The notes: generated from the sequence alone by a model not told the origin. Shown: positions 1-13,549, numbered from the stretch's first letter. The stretch is 64,000 bases of DNA from Octopus sinensis (GCF_006345805.1 NC_043022.1:3224001-3288000); one strand, 5' to 3'. Program-made: numbers and translations.

Positions 1-779
1 TCTTTACTACCCACAAGGGGCTAAACACAGAGAGGACAAACAAGGACAGACATAGGTATTAAGTCGATTACATCGACGCCAGTGCGTAACTGGTACTTAA
101 TTTATCGATCCCGAAAGGATGAAAGGCAAAGTCGACCTCGGCGGAATTTGAACCCAGAACGTAACGGCAGACGAAATACCTATTTCTTTATTACCCACAA
201 GGGGCTAAACACAGAGAGGACAAACAAGGACAGACATAGGTATTAAGTCGATTACATCGACGCCAGTGCGTAACTGGTACTTAATTTATCGATCCCGAAA
301 GGATGAAAGGCAAAGTCGACCTCGGCGGAATTTGAACCCAGAACGTAACGGCAGACGAAATACCTATTTCTTTACTACCCACAAGGGGCTAAACACAGAG
401 AGGACAAACAAGGACAGACATAGGTATTAAGTCGATTACATCGACGCCAGTGCGTAACTGGTACTTAATTTATCGATCCCGAAAGGATGAAAGGCAAAGT
501 CGACCTCGGCGGAATTTGAACCCAGAACGTAACGGCAGACGAAATACCTATTTCTTTACTACCCACAAGGGGCTAAACACAGAGAGGACAAACAAGGACA
601 GACATAGGTATTAAGTCGATTACATCGACGCCAGTGCGTAACTGGTACTTAATTTATCGATCCTGAAAGGATGAAAGGCAAAGTCGACCTCGGCGGAATT
701 TGAACTCAGAACGTAACGGCAGACGAAATACGGCTACGCATTTCGCCCGGCGTGCTAACGTCTCTGCCAGCTCGCCGCC
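1..779 (-). mobile_element. tRNA-derived SINE family A (head GGCGGCGAGCTGGCAG), tandem array of four 184-bp units with one head
   Basis: Units start at 1, 185, 369 and 553. Head with A/B-box-like motifs (GAGCTGGCAGA, GAGTTCAAATTCC) at about 690-779 on the minus strand. Confidence 0.9.
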
Positions 780-1136
780 TATCACCTGTTCACTTATTGT
801 TTCCAATTAGATTTCTACTTCCTGTCCCTCCGCCATATAATTCTAGCAGAACTAGTAGAGCTCCAGATTAGAAGTGAGTCCTACGGCATATGATCTCATA
901 CTTCAGTATTCCGAATTCGCGTTCCGTTGGGGGGTCAATTTAGCCTTTCGCCCAGTTTACTATTTACATTGCTAGTGTTATTGTTATTACGCCCAGAGTG
1001 TAAATACGTTTTGCAATGTTTAAATGTTGATCTTCGCTACTTGAAAGTCTGTTCCTTTTCTTCTTTCTGGTTCTGCGACTTAAATAACGACATTACTTTT
1101 AACAAACTAATGTAAATACAGGTCACACGCGTACAA

Positions 1137-1167
<31 letters not shown>

Positions 1168-1420
1168 GTGTGTCTGTATATTATGTGTGTGTGTGTGTAT
1201 CAACAAATGTATATGTGTGTATATATTGTATATGTATGTGTGTATCTATATGCGTATTTGAGTGTATATATAGATATATATGCATACATACGTACGTGAA
1301 TGTGTGTTACGTATATATATGTATGTGTTTGTGTGTGTGTTTATATGTATATATCTATATATATGTGTGTATATATGTGTGTGTGTGTGTGCGTGTATAT
1401 GTGTGTGTGTGTGTGTGTGA

Positions 1421-1746
1421 AGGCGTGTGGCTTAGTGGTTAGGACATTCGGCTCACATTCGTAAGGTCGTGAGTTCAATTCCCGGCGATGCATTGTATCC
1501 TTCAGCAAGACACTTTATTTCACTTTATTGCTCCAGTCCACTCAGCTGGCAAAAATGAGTCGTACAAGTAATTCAAAAGGGGCCAGCCTTGTCTCATTCT
1601 GTGTCACCCTGAATCTCTCAGAAAACTACATTAAGGGTACACGTGCCTGTGGAGTACTCAGCCACTTGCACGTTAATTTCACGAACAAGCTGTTCTGTTG
1701 ATCGTATCAGCTGGGACCCTCGTCGTCGCAACCGACGGAGTGCTCC
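1421..1746 (+). mobile_element. tRNA-derived SINE family C variant
   Basis: GGCGTGTGGCTTAGTGGTT head, GAGTTCAATTCCC B box, tail ...accgacggagtgct shared with other C copies. Confidence 0.8.
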
Positions 1747-1748
1747 CT

Positions 1749-1782
<34 letters not shown>

Positions 1783-2191
1783 CTCTTTTACTCTTTTACT
1801 TGTTTCAGTCATTTGACTGCGGCCATGCTGGAGCACAGCCTTTAGTGGAGCAAATCGACCCCAGGACTTGTACTTTGTAAGCCCAGTACTTATTCTATCG
1901 GTCTCTTTTGCCGAACGGCTAAGTGACGGGGATGTAAACATACCAGCATCGGTTGTCAAGCGATGTTGGAGGGACAAACACAGACACACAAACACACACA
2001 TATATATATATAAATATATACATATATACGACAGGCTTCTTTCAGTTTCCGTCTACCAAATCCACTCACAAGGCTTTGGTCAGCCCGGGGCCATAGCAGA
2101 AGACACTTGCCCAAAGTGCCACGCAGTGGGACTGAACCCAGAACCATGTGGTTGGTTAGCAAGCTACTTACCACAAAGCCACTCCTGCGCC
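1783..2191 (-). mobile_element. SINE family B (head AGGCGCAGGAGTGGCTGTGTGG, internal TA/TG microsatellite, AAGAGTA tail)
   Basis: Near-identical to more than 10 other copies in the window. Confidence 0.88.
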
Positions 2192-2522
2192 TATATATAT
2201 ATAGTAGAAGTAGTAGCCAAATCTCCCTCGAATCAAAACGAAAAGAAAACTAATAAAAGAAAGAATGCGGTCAGATTGGATAACGTAATCCTAGGTGCAC
2301 TCAGCCTGAATAAATGATGGAGCTACCATGGCTGGAAGCTGTGTGATCATAGAAGCTGCTTGGTCAGGGCCAGCCTGGTGTTAAACAACGATCTCACGTG
2401 AGAGCAAATCATTTGTCAATTATTAATATGAAGTTTCTGTTGATTTTTAATTAACAAAAACGGGTTTTCTATTGTTTGCTGTGAGAATTCTCATTACAGT
2501 TATGTACACACACACACACATA

Positions 2523-2580
<58 letters not shown>

Positions 2581-2610
2581 AAACATACACACATACACAC
2601 ACACACACAC

Positions 2611-3010
2611 ATTTTACTTGTTTCAGTCATTAGATTGCGGCCATTCTGGATCATCGCCTTGAAGAATTTTGAATCAAAAGAATTAACTCCAGTAATTATT
2701 TCATTTTTTTTTTAAAAGCCTGGTTCTTATTCTATCGGTGTCTTTTGCCGAACCACTAAGTTACGGGTACATAAACAAACCAATGACAGTTGTCAAGCGG
2801 TGGACACACACACACGCACGCACGCACGCACGCACGCACGCATATATATACACGATGAGCTTCTTTCAGTTTCCGTCTACCAAATGCACTCATAAGGCTT
2901 TGGTCAGCCCGAGCCTTTAGTAGAAGACACTTGCCCAAAGTGCCACGCAGTGGGACTGAACCCGGAACCATGTGGTTGGGAAGCAAGCTTCTTACCACAC
3001 AGCCACGCCC
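2611..3010 (-). mobile_element. SINE family B, diverged
   Basis: Same head, body and tail as 1783-2191. Confidence 0.8.
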
Positions 3011-3551
3011 AACACATTTCATGGATTATTATTGGGTGAGAAAGCAGCGCATGCCGTCAAAGTGACACTGGGGTAAAATATACGAAGCCCAATATACCCA
3101 TCATGACTACCCGTCTGATAAGGGTACACCAGGCACATGCATCACAACCATATGTGCGCGACATGGTGATCTCATATCAAGATAAACAGCACATGACCTT
3201 GCAGGTGGGGCCCTGTTACAATCTTCTTTGGGTCGGGTAGCCCATCCTGCTGAAAAGGTCCCTGAATAAGGGTTGTTTAAGGATGTTAAATGAAACTCTC
3301 ATGTCTCCAGGTGTGAATTATCCAAACCCCAAAGAATCCCTCTCAACACATGGCTATGATGCTCCCCCACTACTTCTGCTCGTGATCAGAGATGCACATA
3401 TCGTCAACCGCTAAGAGACATGTTCAACTGGTTACGGTCAAACAACTGACAAGCAAATCTGTGGTATTGAGCAGAATATTTGCTGTAGCCCATCTTTTAT
3501 ACCAAGACAAAACATGATAACACTTCCAATCAGTTAAGATCAGAAGCCACG

Positions 3552-4510
3552 ACATCTCCAGTGCTTCCTTGACGGTGAGTAGATGTGGTCGCCGTTCGCC
3601 AGACATGCATTTCCGCAGCTAGTTTCTCTAACGGAGCTGCAGTCCTGGGTAAAACAAAGACAGAAGGGGAACATTTGGAAAGTGGAATGTCTTCAAACGC
3701 AAACAGCCCTCAGCCAATCGGACACTTCGACAGGCGGAACGTCCAGTTTAGCGATTTATAGAGGTTTGGTGGAAGAAAAGGACGACAATGTTCTTGGAGA
3801 GACCTTGGGCATCGAAGAAAATCAACTGGCCGCTCTTTTCCGGAGTACTTTCAGCCCGGGACCAATGGATAATTTCCAAAAATCTCTGACCTGGCAGTGC
3901 TACCGGGGAGCTTCGCCAGTTTGAGATAAACTTTACAGGCACGGAAGTGCTGTCAGCCGAGCATGCCCGAGATGTGTTCAGGACGACGAGACGGTCCTGC
4001 ATGCACTCGTCCAGGGCCCGAGCATTGCTGACCTGTGGGTTTACATCGAACACCTGCTGTCGCGTGTGGGACGGATCTGGCTGTCAACTGAATCCATCGT
4101 GAAGATCGCCTCACCACTTTCCTTTAACCAGAAAGGAAAGGCTGTGTTTATATGCCTTATATCCATGGCGAAAGATGTATGGTGGACGAAATTGAAAGGG
4201 CTGAAGACAAACACTTTCTCCTTGGCCAATCCCTGATCAACTCCTTCAAGTTTCATACGAAAATGAAAATAAGGGTCGAGAGGGAAGTGTTGTCTTGCAG
4301 TCAGTTTGTTGAAAGGTGGATGAAAGCGGCGAGAATGGTTGGGGTGAACAGGCCTACCCTGAGCATACGCCCGTAGTTAGGGAAGAACAGGAAAGGAAAG
4401 GAAAAAAGGCACCTGCCCCAAAAGTCAGGGTACCCATGTGTCTTTTTATGGGGGTTTTCCATGAAGAGCCCTCGAACGACTCCTCCCTACTGAGGATCAC
4501 TCGTTGCTGA
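3552..4510 (+). mobile_element. 5'-truncated Tx1/L1-clade LINE remnant (ORF2 C-terminus, zf-RVT zinc knuckle, 3' UTR)
   Basis: DNFQKSLTWQCYRGASPV*DKLYRHGS...CPRCVQDDETVLHAL..., then ...VWWTK..., FKFHTKMKIRVERE...FVERW. In-frame stop and frameshift. Confidence 0.8.
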
Positions 4511-4527
4511 TTTTTAAAATGTTGTTC

Positions 4528-4900
4528 TTATTTCTTTACTGACCACAAGGGGCTACACACAGAGGGGACAAACAAGGACAGACAAAGGGATTAAGTCGAT
4601 TATATCGACCCCAGTGCGTAACTGGTACTTACTTAATCGACCCCGATGAAAGGCAAAGTTGACCTCGGCGGAATTTGAACTCAGAACGTAATGGCAGGCA
4701 AAATACCGCTTAGCACGCCAGGCGAAATGCTTAGCGGTATTTTGTCTGTCTTTACGTCCTGAGTTCAAATTCCGTCAAGGTCGACTTTGCCTTTCATCCT
4801 TTCGGGGTCGATAAAGTAAGTACCAGTTGCGTACTGGGGTCGATCTATTCGATTGGCCCCCTTCCCCAAAAATTTCGGACCTTGTGCCTAGAGTAGAAAC
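4528..4900. mobile_element. Two family-A SINEs fused head-to-head
   Basis: Minus copy 4528-4710 joined to plus copy 4710-4900. Confidence 0.75.
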
Positions 4901-5699
4901 GAATATTTTGGCAAATTAAATTTAAATGTTGAAGTGAATCTAACGGTTTTTGTGTATTTTTAAATGGCTTATAAACACCTTCCACGCTGCAATTGTTTAT
5001 ACACACACACACACACACACACACGCGATAGAATTCGTTCAGTTTCCTGAGGCTATAGTAGAATTTACTTGCCCAAGGTGCCACGCAGTGGGACAGAGCC
5101 CCCTCTGCGCCTATTACACAAACACACACACACATGCGGCACTTTTTGAATGGCACACCTAACGACAAATAACCTTGAAATTCTTTTCTTCCGCTGTGCG
5201 GCTCGCCTGATTGGCGGCCCACTACTCGAAAAATGCTTGACCATGTCTAGACTAAACCCTTGAAGCCAGTGCTCTAGCATGGTCGCCTTCCAATGACTGA
5301 GAGCTTGTAAAAGACAACCAACCACATGATTCCAGGTTCAGTCCCACTGCCTCAGTTTGTGACATCCCAGAGGCGGGGGTCTACCGCCACAGAACGCGAA
5401 GAACCCTGTTTTTGTTTCACCACAGGTCAGTCGTGGTCCAACAGCCTTACAGTCAAACGCATTCCAGCCGTGACCATTCCCGCCCTTCGAGACAGCTTAC
5501 ATTACGTTCTTCCATTTTCCTTTGTGATTTGAAGGGAAAAAACCCCCAGAAAACGAAAGACTTGGCTGCTATTTCCAGCAGGCTGATCCATTATCCCTTT
5601 TTTATCTCCTCTGTCTACCTCTCCATCTGTTGTTTGGTCCTATTGTAAATATTAAATCTCTCTTATCTAACATTTTATCTCACGACCACTAAACACCTG

Positions 5700-5730
<31 letters not shown>

Positions 5731-5932
5731 TCCCCCTCCCGTGTATGGTTGCCATTTCGTGTTTATGCAACAAGGAGGAGGAGGAGGGGGTTACACGAAG
5801 AGATATATAGGTGTACGTGCTTCAGGACGCGTTTTTTTCTTCTCCCAAGCGCAGGGGAGAGTGTTTCCCCGATAAAGCTGTTCTCTTATCCTTGGGCTTC
5901 GTTTTCCATTCTTTTAATTCTAAATTTCCTAA

Positions 5933-6388
5933 GATACACATACATGCATACATAAATACATACATACATACACACACAAACATACATACATACATACAAA
6001 CATACACACACACACAAACATACATACATACATACATCATACGTACATACATACATACACACACACATACATACGTACACACACACACACATACATACAT
6101 ACATACACACATACATACATACACACACACATACATACAAACATACATACATACATACACACACACATACATACATACACACATACACACATACATACAT
6201 ACATACATACACACATACACACATACATACATACATACACACATACATACATTACACACACACACACATACATACATACATACACACATACATACATTAC
6301 ACACACACACACACATACATACATACATACATACACACATACATACATACATACATACATACATACATACGAACATACATACATACAT
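5933..6388. repeat. (CATA)n/(CA)n compound microsatellite
   Basis: Directly visible. Confidence 0.95.
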
Positions 6389-6474
6389 ATTAGTGTTTGT
6401 TTTTATGTTCGTTTACAATAAAAACAATTTTACAATAACCTGAAGGGTTCTTCCATGGTTTTGTAAATGAATAA

Positions 6475-7272
6475 GGGTGAAGAGCCGGTTCGGTCATGAA
6501 TGACCATGGGACTGCACCTAGGAAGTTCCCCTCCTAGGCACATGTCCGGGCAAGGTTGTTTTATAGAAGACCAGCAGTCACCCCTGCATACCAGCCTCCC
6601 GTCCTTTCCATGCTACTGATGTTACCCAAGGGAAAGGCAAAGGGGCCGATACAGCTTGGCGCCAGTGACATCACAACTCATCTCTGTCCTGTTGCAGAGT
6701 TTGAGTCCCAAAGATGACCCCTATACACACCAAGTTCTCCTAACTCTCCCCTCTTTTCATTAATCAACTCTGATCTTCAGAAGCATGCTACTATATGTCC
6801 CCTCTTCCAGAGAAGGGCAACTTCTCTGACCCCTGCCAATTATTGCCCTATGTCTCTCGATTCTAATATCTCTGAGATAATGGAGACAGAGATTATCAAT
6901 AACATCCTCCTTCGTTTGTCAGTGTAGAAGGTAAAGACCCCCTTCGGCCATGGATGACCGTGGGGTTGCACCTAGAAAGTTCCCCTCCCAGGCACAAGTC
7001 CAGACAAGGTTGTTTTATGGAAGACCAGCAGCCATCCATGCATACCAGCTTCCCCTAGCCATACTTCTGATGTTATCCAAGAGAAAGGCAAAGGGGCCGA
7101 TACAGCTTGGCACCAGAGAAATCACAACTCACTTCTACAGCTGAGTGAACTGGAGCAATGTGAAATAAAGTGCCTTGCTCAATAACACAACACACAGCCT
7201 GGTCCAGGAATCGAACTCACCACCTCATGATTGTGACACCGACGCTCTGACCACTGAGCCATGCGCCTTCAC
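6475..7272 (-). mobile_element. Two SINE copies (ggtcattcatgaccgaa tail family; 6475-6682 partial, 6930-7272 full) around a plus-strand LINE RT fragment (about 6770-6915)
   Basis: Matches the plus copy at 54714-55050. The middle segment encodes a degenerate ..DPANYCPMSLDSNISEIME.. resembling the RT motif DP.NYRPISL. Confidence 0.65.
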
Positions 7273-7424
7273 ATCATGGTTTTGTTGACTACAAATTTAT
7301 CATTCTTTCACAAGATTAATATCGATTGTGATTTCGAAATTTAGCTGGCCAAAACTTCGAAGTCACTATCAATACTATTCTCATATCTGTCTGTTTGTCT
7401 GTCTGTCTATCTATCCATCCATCA

Positions 7425-7745
7425 AGGCACATATATGGCTGTATGGTAAAATGTTTGCTTCCCAACCACAGGGTTCCTGGTTCAGTCCCACTGCGTGGCA
7501 CCTTGAGCAACTGTCTTCTAATATAGCTTCGGGCCGACCAAAGCTTTGTAAGTTTATTTAGTAGACAGAAACCAAAAGAAGACCGTCGCGCGAGCGTGTG
7601 TGTGTTTTGCATCACACCCTGTGTTGGTTTGTTATGTCCCCCGTAACTTAACGCTTCGGCAAAAGAGCATCCAATAGAATAAGTTTAGTCGATTTATTCA
7701 ACGCAGTGCCCCAGCATAGCCGCAGTTCAATGACCGTAACAAATT
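7425..7745 (+). mobile_element. SINE family B, diverged
   Basis: Head and body homology to family B. Confidence 0.75.
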
Positions 7746-8142
7746 TCTTTATATATAAAGCTGAAGTTGTCTGTGTATGGGAGGTTTGGTAGCCTTCAAC
7801 TAACACTATCTCCTCCGAGCCCCTGCAACATAAGTTGACCAAAATTGAGAGTATGATAGAAGAAGGCTTGCTCTTCCTTCCGTAGAAGAAAAAATTCAAA
7901 TCGGATCATGTTAACACCCAAAATTATTTACATCAAAAAGGTGCTTTTTTCTATGAAAATCCCTATTTTTTACGATTTTTTTTACTGCTGAGTCGCCATT
8001 TTTCGGTGTATTTCAACCAGAAAAATGTTCACTTAAAGAGAATAACAAGCTACATAATGCAAATATTTTTACTTTTCAAAAATTCCAATTCTAAAGGGTC
8101 GAAAAGAAAACAAACCCGAGCAACGCCGGGTGATACTGCTAG
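7746..8142 (+). mobile_element. Non-autonomous Helitron
   Basis: 5' TCtttatatataaa; 3' hairpin CCCG-agcaacgc-CGGG followed by CTAG|t. Confidence 0.8.
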
Positions 8143-8685
8143 TAAAATATAAAAAGCTATACGTATTTATGTCTTTATGTATTCTATATTATGTCAAACA
8201 TATTGGCGACCGTAAAGAATACGCACACCGGATGTTTAGGGTCTGGGTTTTTGTCGCGCCGAAAACGGGTGGTATGCGTATTCTTTCCCTCCGCCTATGT
8301 ATTATATAAGACACAAAACATTACAACAGACATCCCGTCTCTTTCAATATTATACATTCTATTATATTTAGTCACCCATCGAAGGCTTTCTTTCCCCTCC
8401 TGTTACGTTTGCCTTAGTTTTCTGCTCTAAATATCCCTCTGTTATATACAGCTTTATATACACACATTTCTTATACATCACGCATTCCACACCTCGCATT
8501 AAAAATTAAATATAGTTCTGTACTGGCAATAAATTGCTTTTTTTTTCTGGCTCTCTTACTGCTTACTTGTGGTATTGGTCAGTATATGTCTCTGACCCTA
8601 CTGGCTCCTACATATTTACTTTAATATATTATTGCTTCTACCTTTGTACGTCTTTGTATCTAGAAAAGAAATTTATTATTATTTA

Positions 8686-9250
8686 GGCGGCGAGCTGGCA
8701 GAATCGTTAGCACGCCGGGCGAAATGCTTAGCGGTATTTCGTCTGCCGCTACGTTCTGAGTTCAAATAACGCTGAAGTCGACTTTGTCTTTCATCTTTTC
8801 GGATGTACCAGTTACGCACTGGGGTCGATGTAATCGACTTTATCCGTTTGTCTGTCCTTGTTTGTCCTCTCTGTGTTTAGCCCCTTGTGGGTAGTAAAGA
8901 AATAGGTATTTCGTCCGTCTTTACGTTCTGAGTTCAAATTCCGCCGATGCCGACTTTGCCTTTCATCCTTTCGGGTCGATTAAATAAGTACCAGTTATGC
9001 ACTGGGATCGATATAATCAACTTAATCCCTTTGTCTGTCCTTTGTCCCCTCTATGTTTAGCCCCCTGTGGGTAGTAAAGAAATAGCTATATCGTCTGCCG
9101 CTACGTTCTGAGTTCAAATTCCGCCGAGGCCGACTTTGCTTTTCATCCTTTTGGGATCGATAAAACAAGTACCAATTGAACACTGATGGCGATGTAATCG
9201 ACTTATCCCCTCCTCCAAAATTGCTGGCCTTGTGTCAAAATTCTGAAACT
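8686..9250 (+). mobile_element. SINE family A tandem array (about 3 units)
   Basis: One head, then units restarting at tatttcgtc. Confidence 0.85.
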
Positions 9251-9468
9251 ATTATTACTATTATCACCACCAGTTTTGTGTGAATTTCTTCGACACAACC
9301 AGCTGCACCTCCTTGCCTATGACGTACACAAGCGCGCAGCTGCGCTTGTGTGTAACCTTATCTTTTAGTCGTGGAAGATTGTGTTTGTCTACTGTCTCTA
9401 TTTTGGTTTTTGTTATTGAGGTCTCTCTTGTGTGTGGTGTGTGTGTGTGTGTGTGTGTGCTACCTTAG

Positions 9469-9836
9469 GAGCACTCCGTCGGTTACGACGATGAGGGTCC
9501 CAGCTGATACGATCAACGGAACAGCTTGCTCGTGGAATTAACGTGCAAGTGGCTGAACACTCCACAGATACGTGTACCCTCGAAGAGATTCAGCATGACA
9601 CAGAGTGTGACAAGGCTGGCCCTTTGAAATACAGGTACAACAGAAACAGGAAGTAAGAGTGAGAGAAAGTTGTGGTGAAAGAGTACAGCAGGGATCACCA
9701 CCATCCCCTGCCGGATCCTCGTGGAGCTTTTAGGTGTTTTCGCTCAATAAACACTCACAACGCCCGGTCTAGGAATCGAAACCGCGATCCTATGACCGCG
9801 AGTCCGCTGCCCTAACCACTGGGCCATTGCGCCTCC
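9469..9836 (-). mobile_element. SINE family C (head GGAGGCGCAATGGCCCAGTGGTTAGGGCAGCGGACTCGCGG)
   Basis: tRNA-like head; matches 19882-20265. Confidence 0.88.
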
Positions 9837-10211
9837 GTACAAAATATAATAAATTTCTCAATCATAAAATTTATACAATATCCATATGTCTATTTGCAAC
9901 ATAGGTCGCGTTTCCACTACGACTTAAAATGGTCAGAAATCGTCCAGGAATTGCCATTTGAATGGAAATTTTGTTTTCACTACAAAACGCCTATTGCTAG
10001 GTTTGTACCACCCCCTTGAGACCCAACTACACTCAAGATGAAAAATATAGAATACCTCATAAGTAACATAAACTGGTACTTGATTTATCGACCCCGAAGG
10101 ATGGAAGGCAAAGCATTTCGCCCGGCGTTTCTGCCAGCTCGCCGCCATATCTTCTGGATCTTCATAGCCGTTCAATGTTTTAAAAAATCCTATTGTATTT
10201 TTATAAGTAAA

Positions 10212-10510
10212 CTAGCAGTATCGCCCGGCGTTGCTCGGGTTTGTAAGGGAAATAACTATATAAGCATTTTTAGAGAGTTACTTCCCTTATATAATAGCAT
10301 AAAAATGCATTAAAAATGGGGAAAATTGATGGTAAATTTTTTTTTAAATCGTAGACTCATCGTAGACGCGCGCTAATACCCAGAAGGGCTCGATATGAAT
10401 CACGACTATAAGATACCCGGTTTTGGTTAAACTGCACCGCAAAATGTGGGAGTAGTTAGGAATCTAAATCGTAGGAGACAGACACACAACCTTACTTTTA
10501 TATATAAAGA
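10212..10510 (-). mobile_element. Non-autonomous Helitron
   Basis: A|TC 5' end at 10510; same CCCG/CGGG hairpin and CTAG|T 3' end as 7746-8142. Confidence 0.82.
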
Positions 10511-10564
10511 TATTATTAGGAATTGATTAGTCTTTCGATAGCTCAGTATAATCATCAGTTGTAA

Positions 10565-10750
10565 CTGTATTTCAAAGGGCCGGCCTTGTCACTCTCTGTG
10601 TCACGCTGAATATCCCCGAGAACTACGTTAGGGTACACGTGTCTGTGGAGTGCTCAGCCACTTACACGTTAATTTCACGAGCAGGCTGTTCCGTTGATTC
10701 GGATCAACCGGAACCCTCGTCGTCGTAACCGACGGAGTGCTTCCATCCAT
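10565..10750 (+). mobile_element. 5'-truncated SINE family C
   Basis: 3' half with (CCAT)n tail. Confidence 0.8.
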
Positions 10751-10939
10751 CCATAATCATCAGTGTGAGCCACGTCTATTGATGAGCGCAGTATTTCTCT
10801 GACTGAACTGGTTGCCCCTGGCCATTGATCCGTTTTGGAACCCTCTGCCCAGCACCTTGCCGTTGACTAGGTTGACAGTTATTCCGCCAAGGTTTTACAC
10901 CTGCTATGCTACTCCCCATGCAGGTAACCAGGTAATCTC

Positions 10940-11135
10940 TTGGAGTGAGCACCCAACAAAACAACGGTTATATGGGAATGTACCAACTTCCTCATCAACC
11001 ATCTAAAAGCGGAGATTGAGGTTTTCTGGCCCTTGCTGGAGAAGTAAAGAAGAACTTATGAGTAATGTGCTGCTGTGGACACCAAATCATGGTACCACAG
11101 CGGCTGGAGGACCACAGAAGACGTATATACAACAT
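10940..11135 (+). mobile_element. RTE-like LINE C-terminal fragment
   Basis: ISWSEHPTKQRLYGNVP..., RLRFSGPCWRSKEELMSNVLLWTPNHG...GGPQKTYI. Confidence 0.65.
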
Positions 11136-11138
11136 GAA

Positions 11139-11995
11139 GGCGACGAGCTGGCAGAAACGTTAGCACGCCGGGCGAAATGCTTAGCGGCATTTCGTCTGCC
11201 GCTACGTTCTGAGTTCAAATTCCGCCGAGGTCGACTTTACCTTTCATCCTTTCGGGGTCGATAAATTAAGTACCAGTTACGCACTGGGGTCGATATAATC
11301 GACTTAATACCTATCTCTGTCCTTGTTTGTCTCCTCTGTGTTTAGCCCCTTGTGGGTAGTAAAGAAATAGGTATTTCGTCTGTTTTTACGTTGTGAGTTC
11401 AAATTCCGCCGAGGTCGACTTTGCCTTTCATCCTTTCGGGATCGATTAAATAAGTACCAGTTACGCACTGGGGTCGATATAATCGACTTAATCCGTTTGT
11501 CTGTCCTTGTTTGTCCTCTCTGTTTTTAGCCCCTTGTGGGTAATAAAGAAATAGGTATTTCTTTACTACCCACGTCTTTACGTTCTATGTTCAAATTCCG
11601 CCAAGGTCGACGTAATCCGTTTGTCTGTCCTTGTTTGTCCCCTCTCTGTGTAGCCCCTTGTGGGCAGTAGTCAAGTTAAAGACCTAAAAACACTGATGGA
11701 AGATCAGGAGGGATAAAGAGAGGTTGCCAAGCTGGCCCGGGTAATTAGCCGGACTGGATGATGTCTCGATATTAATGAAGGCGGCGAGCTGGCAGAATTG
11801 TTAGCACGGTGGGCGAAATGCGTAGTCGTATATCGTCTGCCGTTATGTTCTAAGTTCAAATTCCGCCGAGGTCGACTTTGGCTTTCATCCTTTCGAGGGT
11901 CGATAAATTAAGTACCAGTTACAAACTGGGGTCGATGTAATCGACTTAATCCGTTTGTCCCCTCTATGTTTAGCCCCTTGTGGGTAATAAAGAAA
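11139..11995 (+). mobile_element. SINE family A array (11139-11670) plus a further copy (11780-11995)
   Basis: Family A head, body and tail. Confidence 0.85.
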
Positions 11996-12353
11996 CAGAT
12001 GTCTCGATATTAAGAAAAAAATTAGGAATTGTATAAAATAAAATTGCTAAAATATTTTGTGTCTTGTTGAAATATAATTAATTTATTGTCGAAAAATTTG
12101 AATAACAAAATCTTCTGTGGACCTGCAAAGGTCATATGCACCTTGGTTGAAAACCACTATTTTATACTTTTAACGGTTTTTTTTCTTTCTTTTTTTTTCC
12201 TGTAAAAGTACGTTGGTGTAATTTTCAGTCAAAAACGTTTGCTTTTTCACATTCTGAGTTCAAATCCCACCTAGATCAACTTTGCCTTTCCTTTTTTCGG
12301 GGTCGATAAAATAAAGTGCCAGTCAAGTGCGGGAGTCGATGTAATCAAGTAAA

Positions 12354-12745
12354 GGAGGCGCAATGGTCCAGTGGTTAGGGCAGCTGACTCGCGGTCATAG
12401 GATCGCAGTTTCGATTCCCAGACCGGGCGTTGTGAGTGTTTATTAAGCGAAAACACCTAAAGAGCTCCACGAGGCTCCGGCAGGGGATGGTGGTGATCCC
12501 TGCTGTACTCTTTCACCACAACTTTCTCTCACTCTTACTTCCTGTTTCTGTTGTACTTGTATTTCAAAGGGCCAGCCTTGTCACTCTCTGTGTCACGCTG
12601 AATATCCCCGAGAACTACGTTAAGGGTACACGTGTCTGTGGAGTGCTCAGCCACTTACACGTTAATTTCACGAGCAGGCTGTTCCGTTGGTTCGGATCAA
12701 CCGGAACCCTCATCGTCGTAACCGATGGAATGCTTCCATCCACAA
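12354..12745 (+). mobile_element. SINE family C
   Basis: Full head to tail. Confidence 0.88.
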
Positions 12746-13209
12746 TCCAGTAATTGTTGTTTTGGCAGACACCGTTCAATAATTCTGCTGAAATTTTTTG
12801 GTATTAAAATATCTAAGGGAGAAGACTCTAAATAGACACTTTTTAATGTATTGCTAGTTATTTCCCTTGTCTTCGATTGTTTTAAAATTCTGTTACCGCA
12901 ACGTCAAAATGTGGGATGCGTAGAAACTGCTGTGGGAGGCTTGCAGATTGGAATGTTCTTTTAACGGCCGAAAGAAGCACAATTGGCTGCAACTGACACC
13001 CACGTTGCACTGGCAAGAGATATGTAAATGGACGAGTAAAATTATATATTTGAATTTCTGTGTGTGAGTGTGTGAAATTATGTATAAAGACAATTTTACA
13101 TCAAATTGAAAGACTACACAGTACCTTTTACTAGAGAACATAGTTTTTACGAGGAAAAGGTTGATAGGGACTTCGAAGTTCCGGCATGCAATGTTCCAAG
13201 TCACTGACA

Positions 13210-13549
13210 ACGTGTGTGTGAGTGAGAGTGTGTGTGTGTGTGATTGAGTGAGAGAGAGAGAGTGTGTGTGTGAGAGTGAGTGACGGAGGGAGAGAGAGAG
13301 TGTGTGTGTGTGTGACAGAGTGAGTGTGTGTGTGTGTGTGTGTGTGTGCGTGCGAGAGAGAGATAGAGAGGGTGTGTGTGTGAGTGAGTGACAGAGAGAG
13401 AGAGTGTGTGTGTGAGAGAGAGAGAGAGTGTGTGTGTGTGTGCGAGAGAGAAGGAGAGTGTGTGTGTGTGTGAGTGAGTGACAGAGAGAGTGTGTGTGTG
13501 TGTGAGAGAGACAGAGAGAGAGAGAGGGTGTGTGTGTGCGAGAGAGAGT
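13210..13549. repeat. (GT)n/(GA)n compound microsatellite
   Basis: Directly visible. Confidence 0.95.

Noticed and set aside
5811-6443. Long HTYI/VCMY ORFs (also at 27323, 56132, 56755)
   Set aside because: Microsatellite translations.
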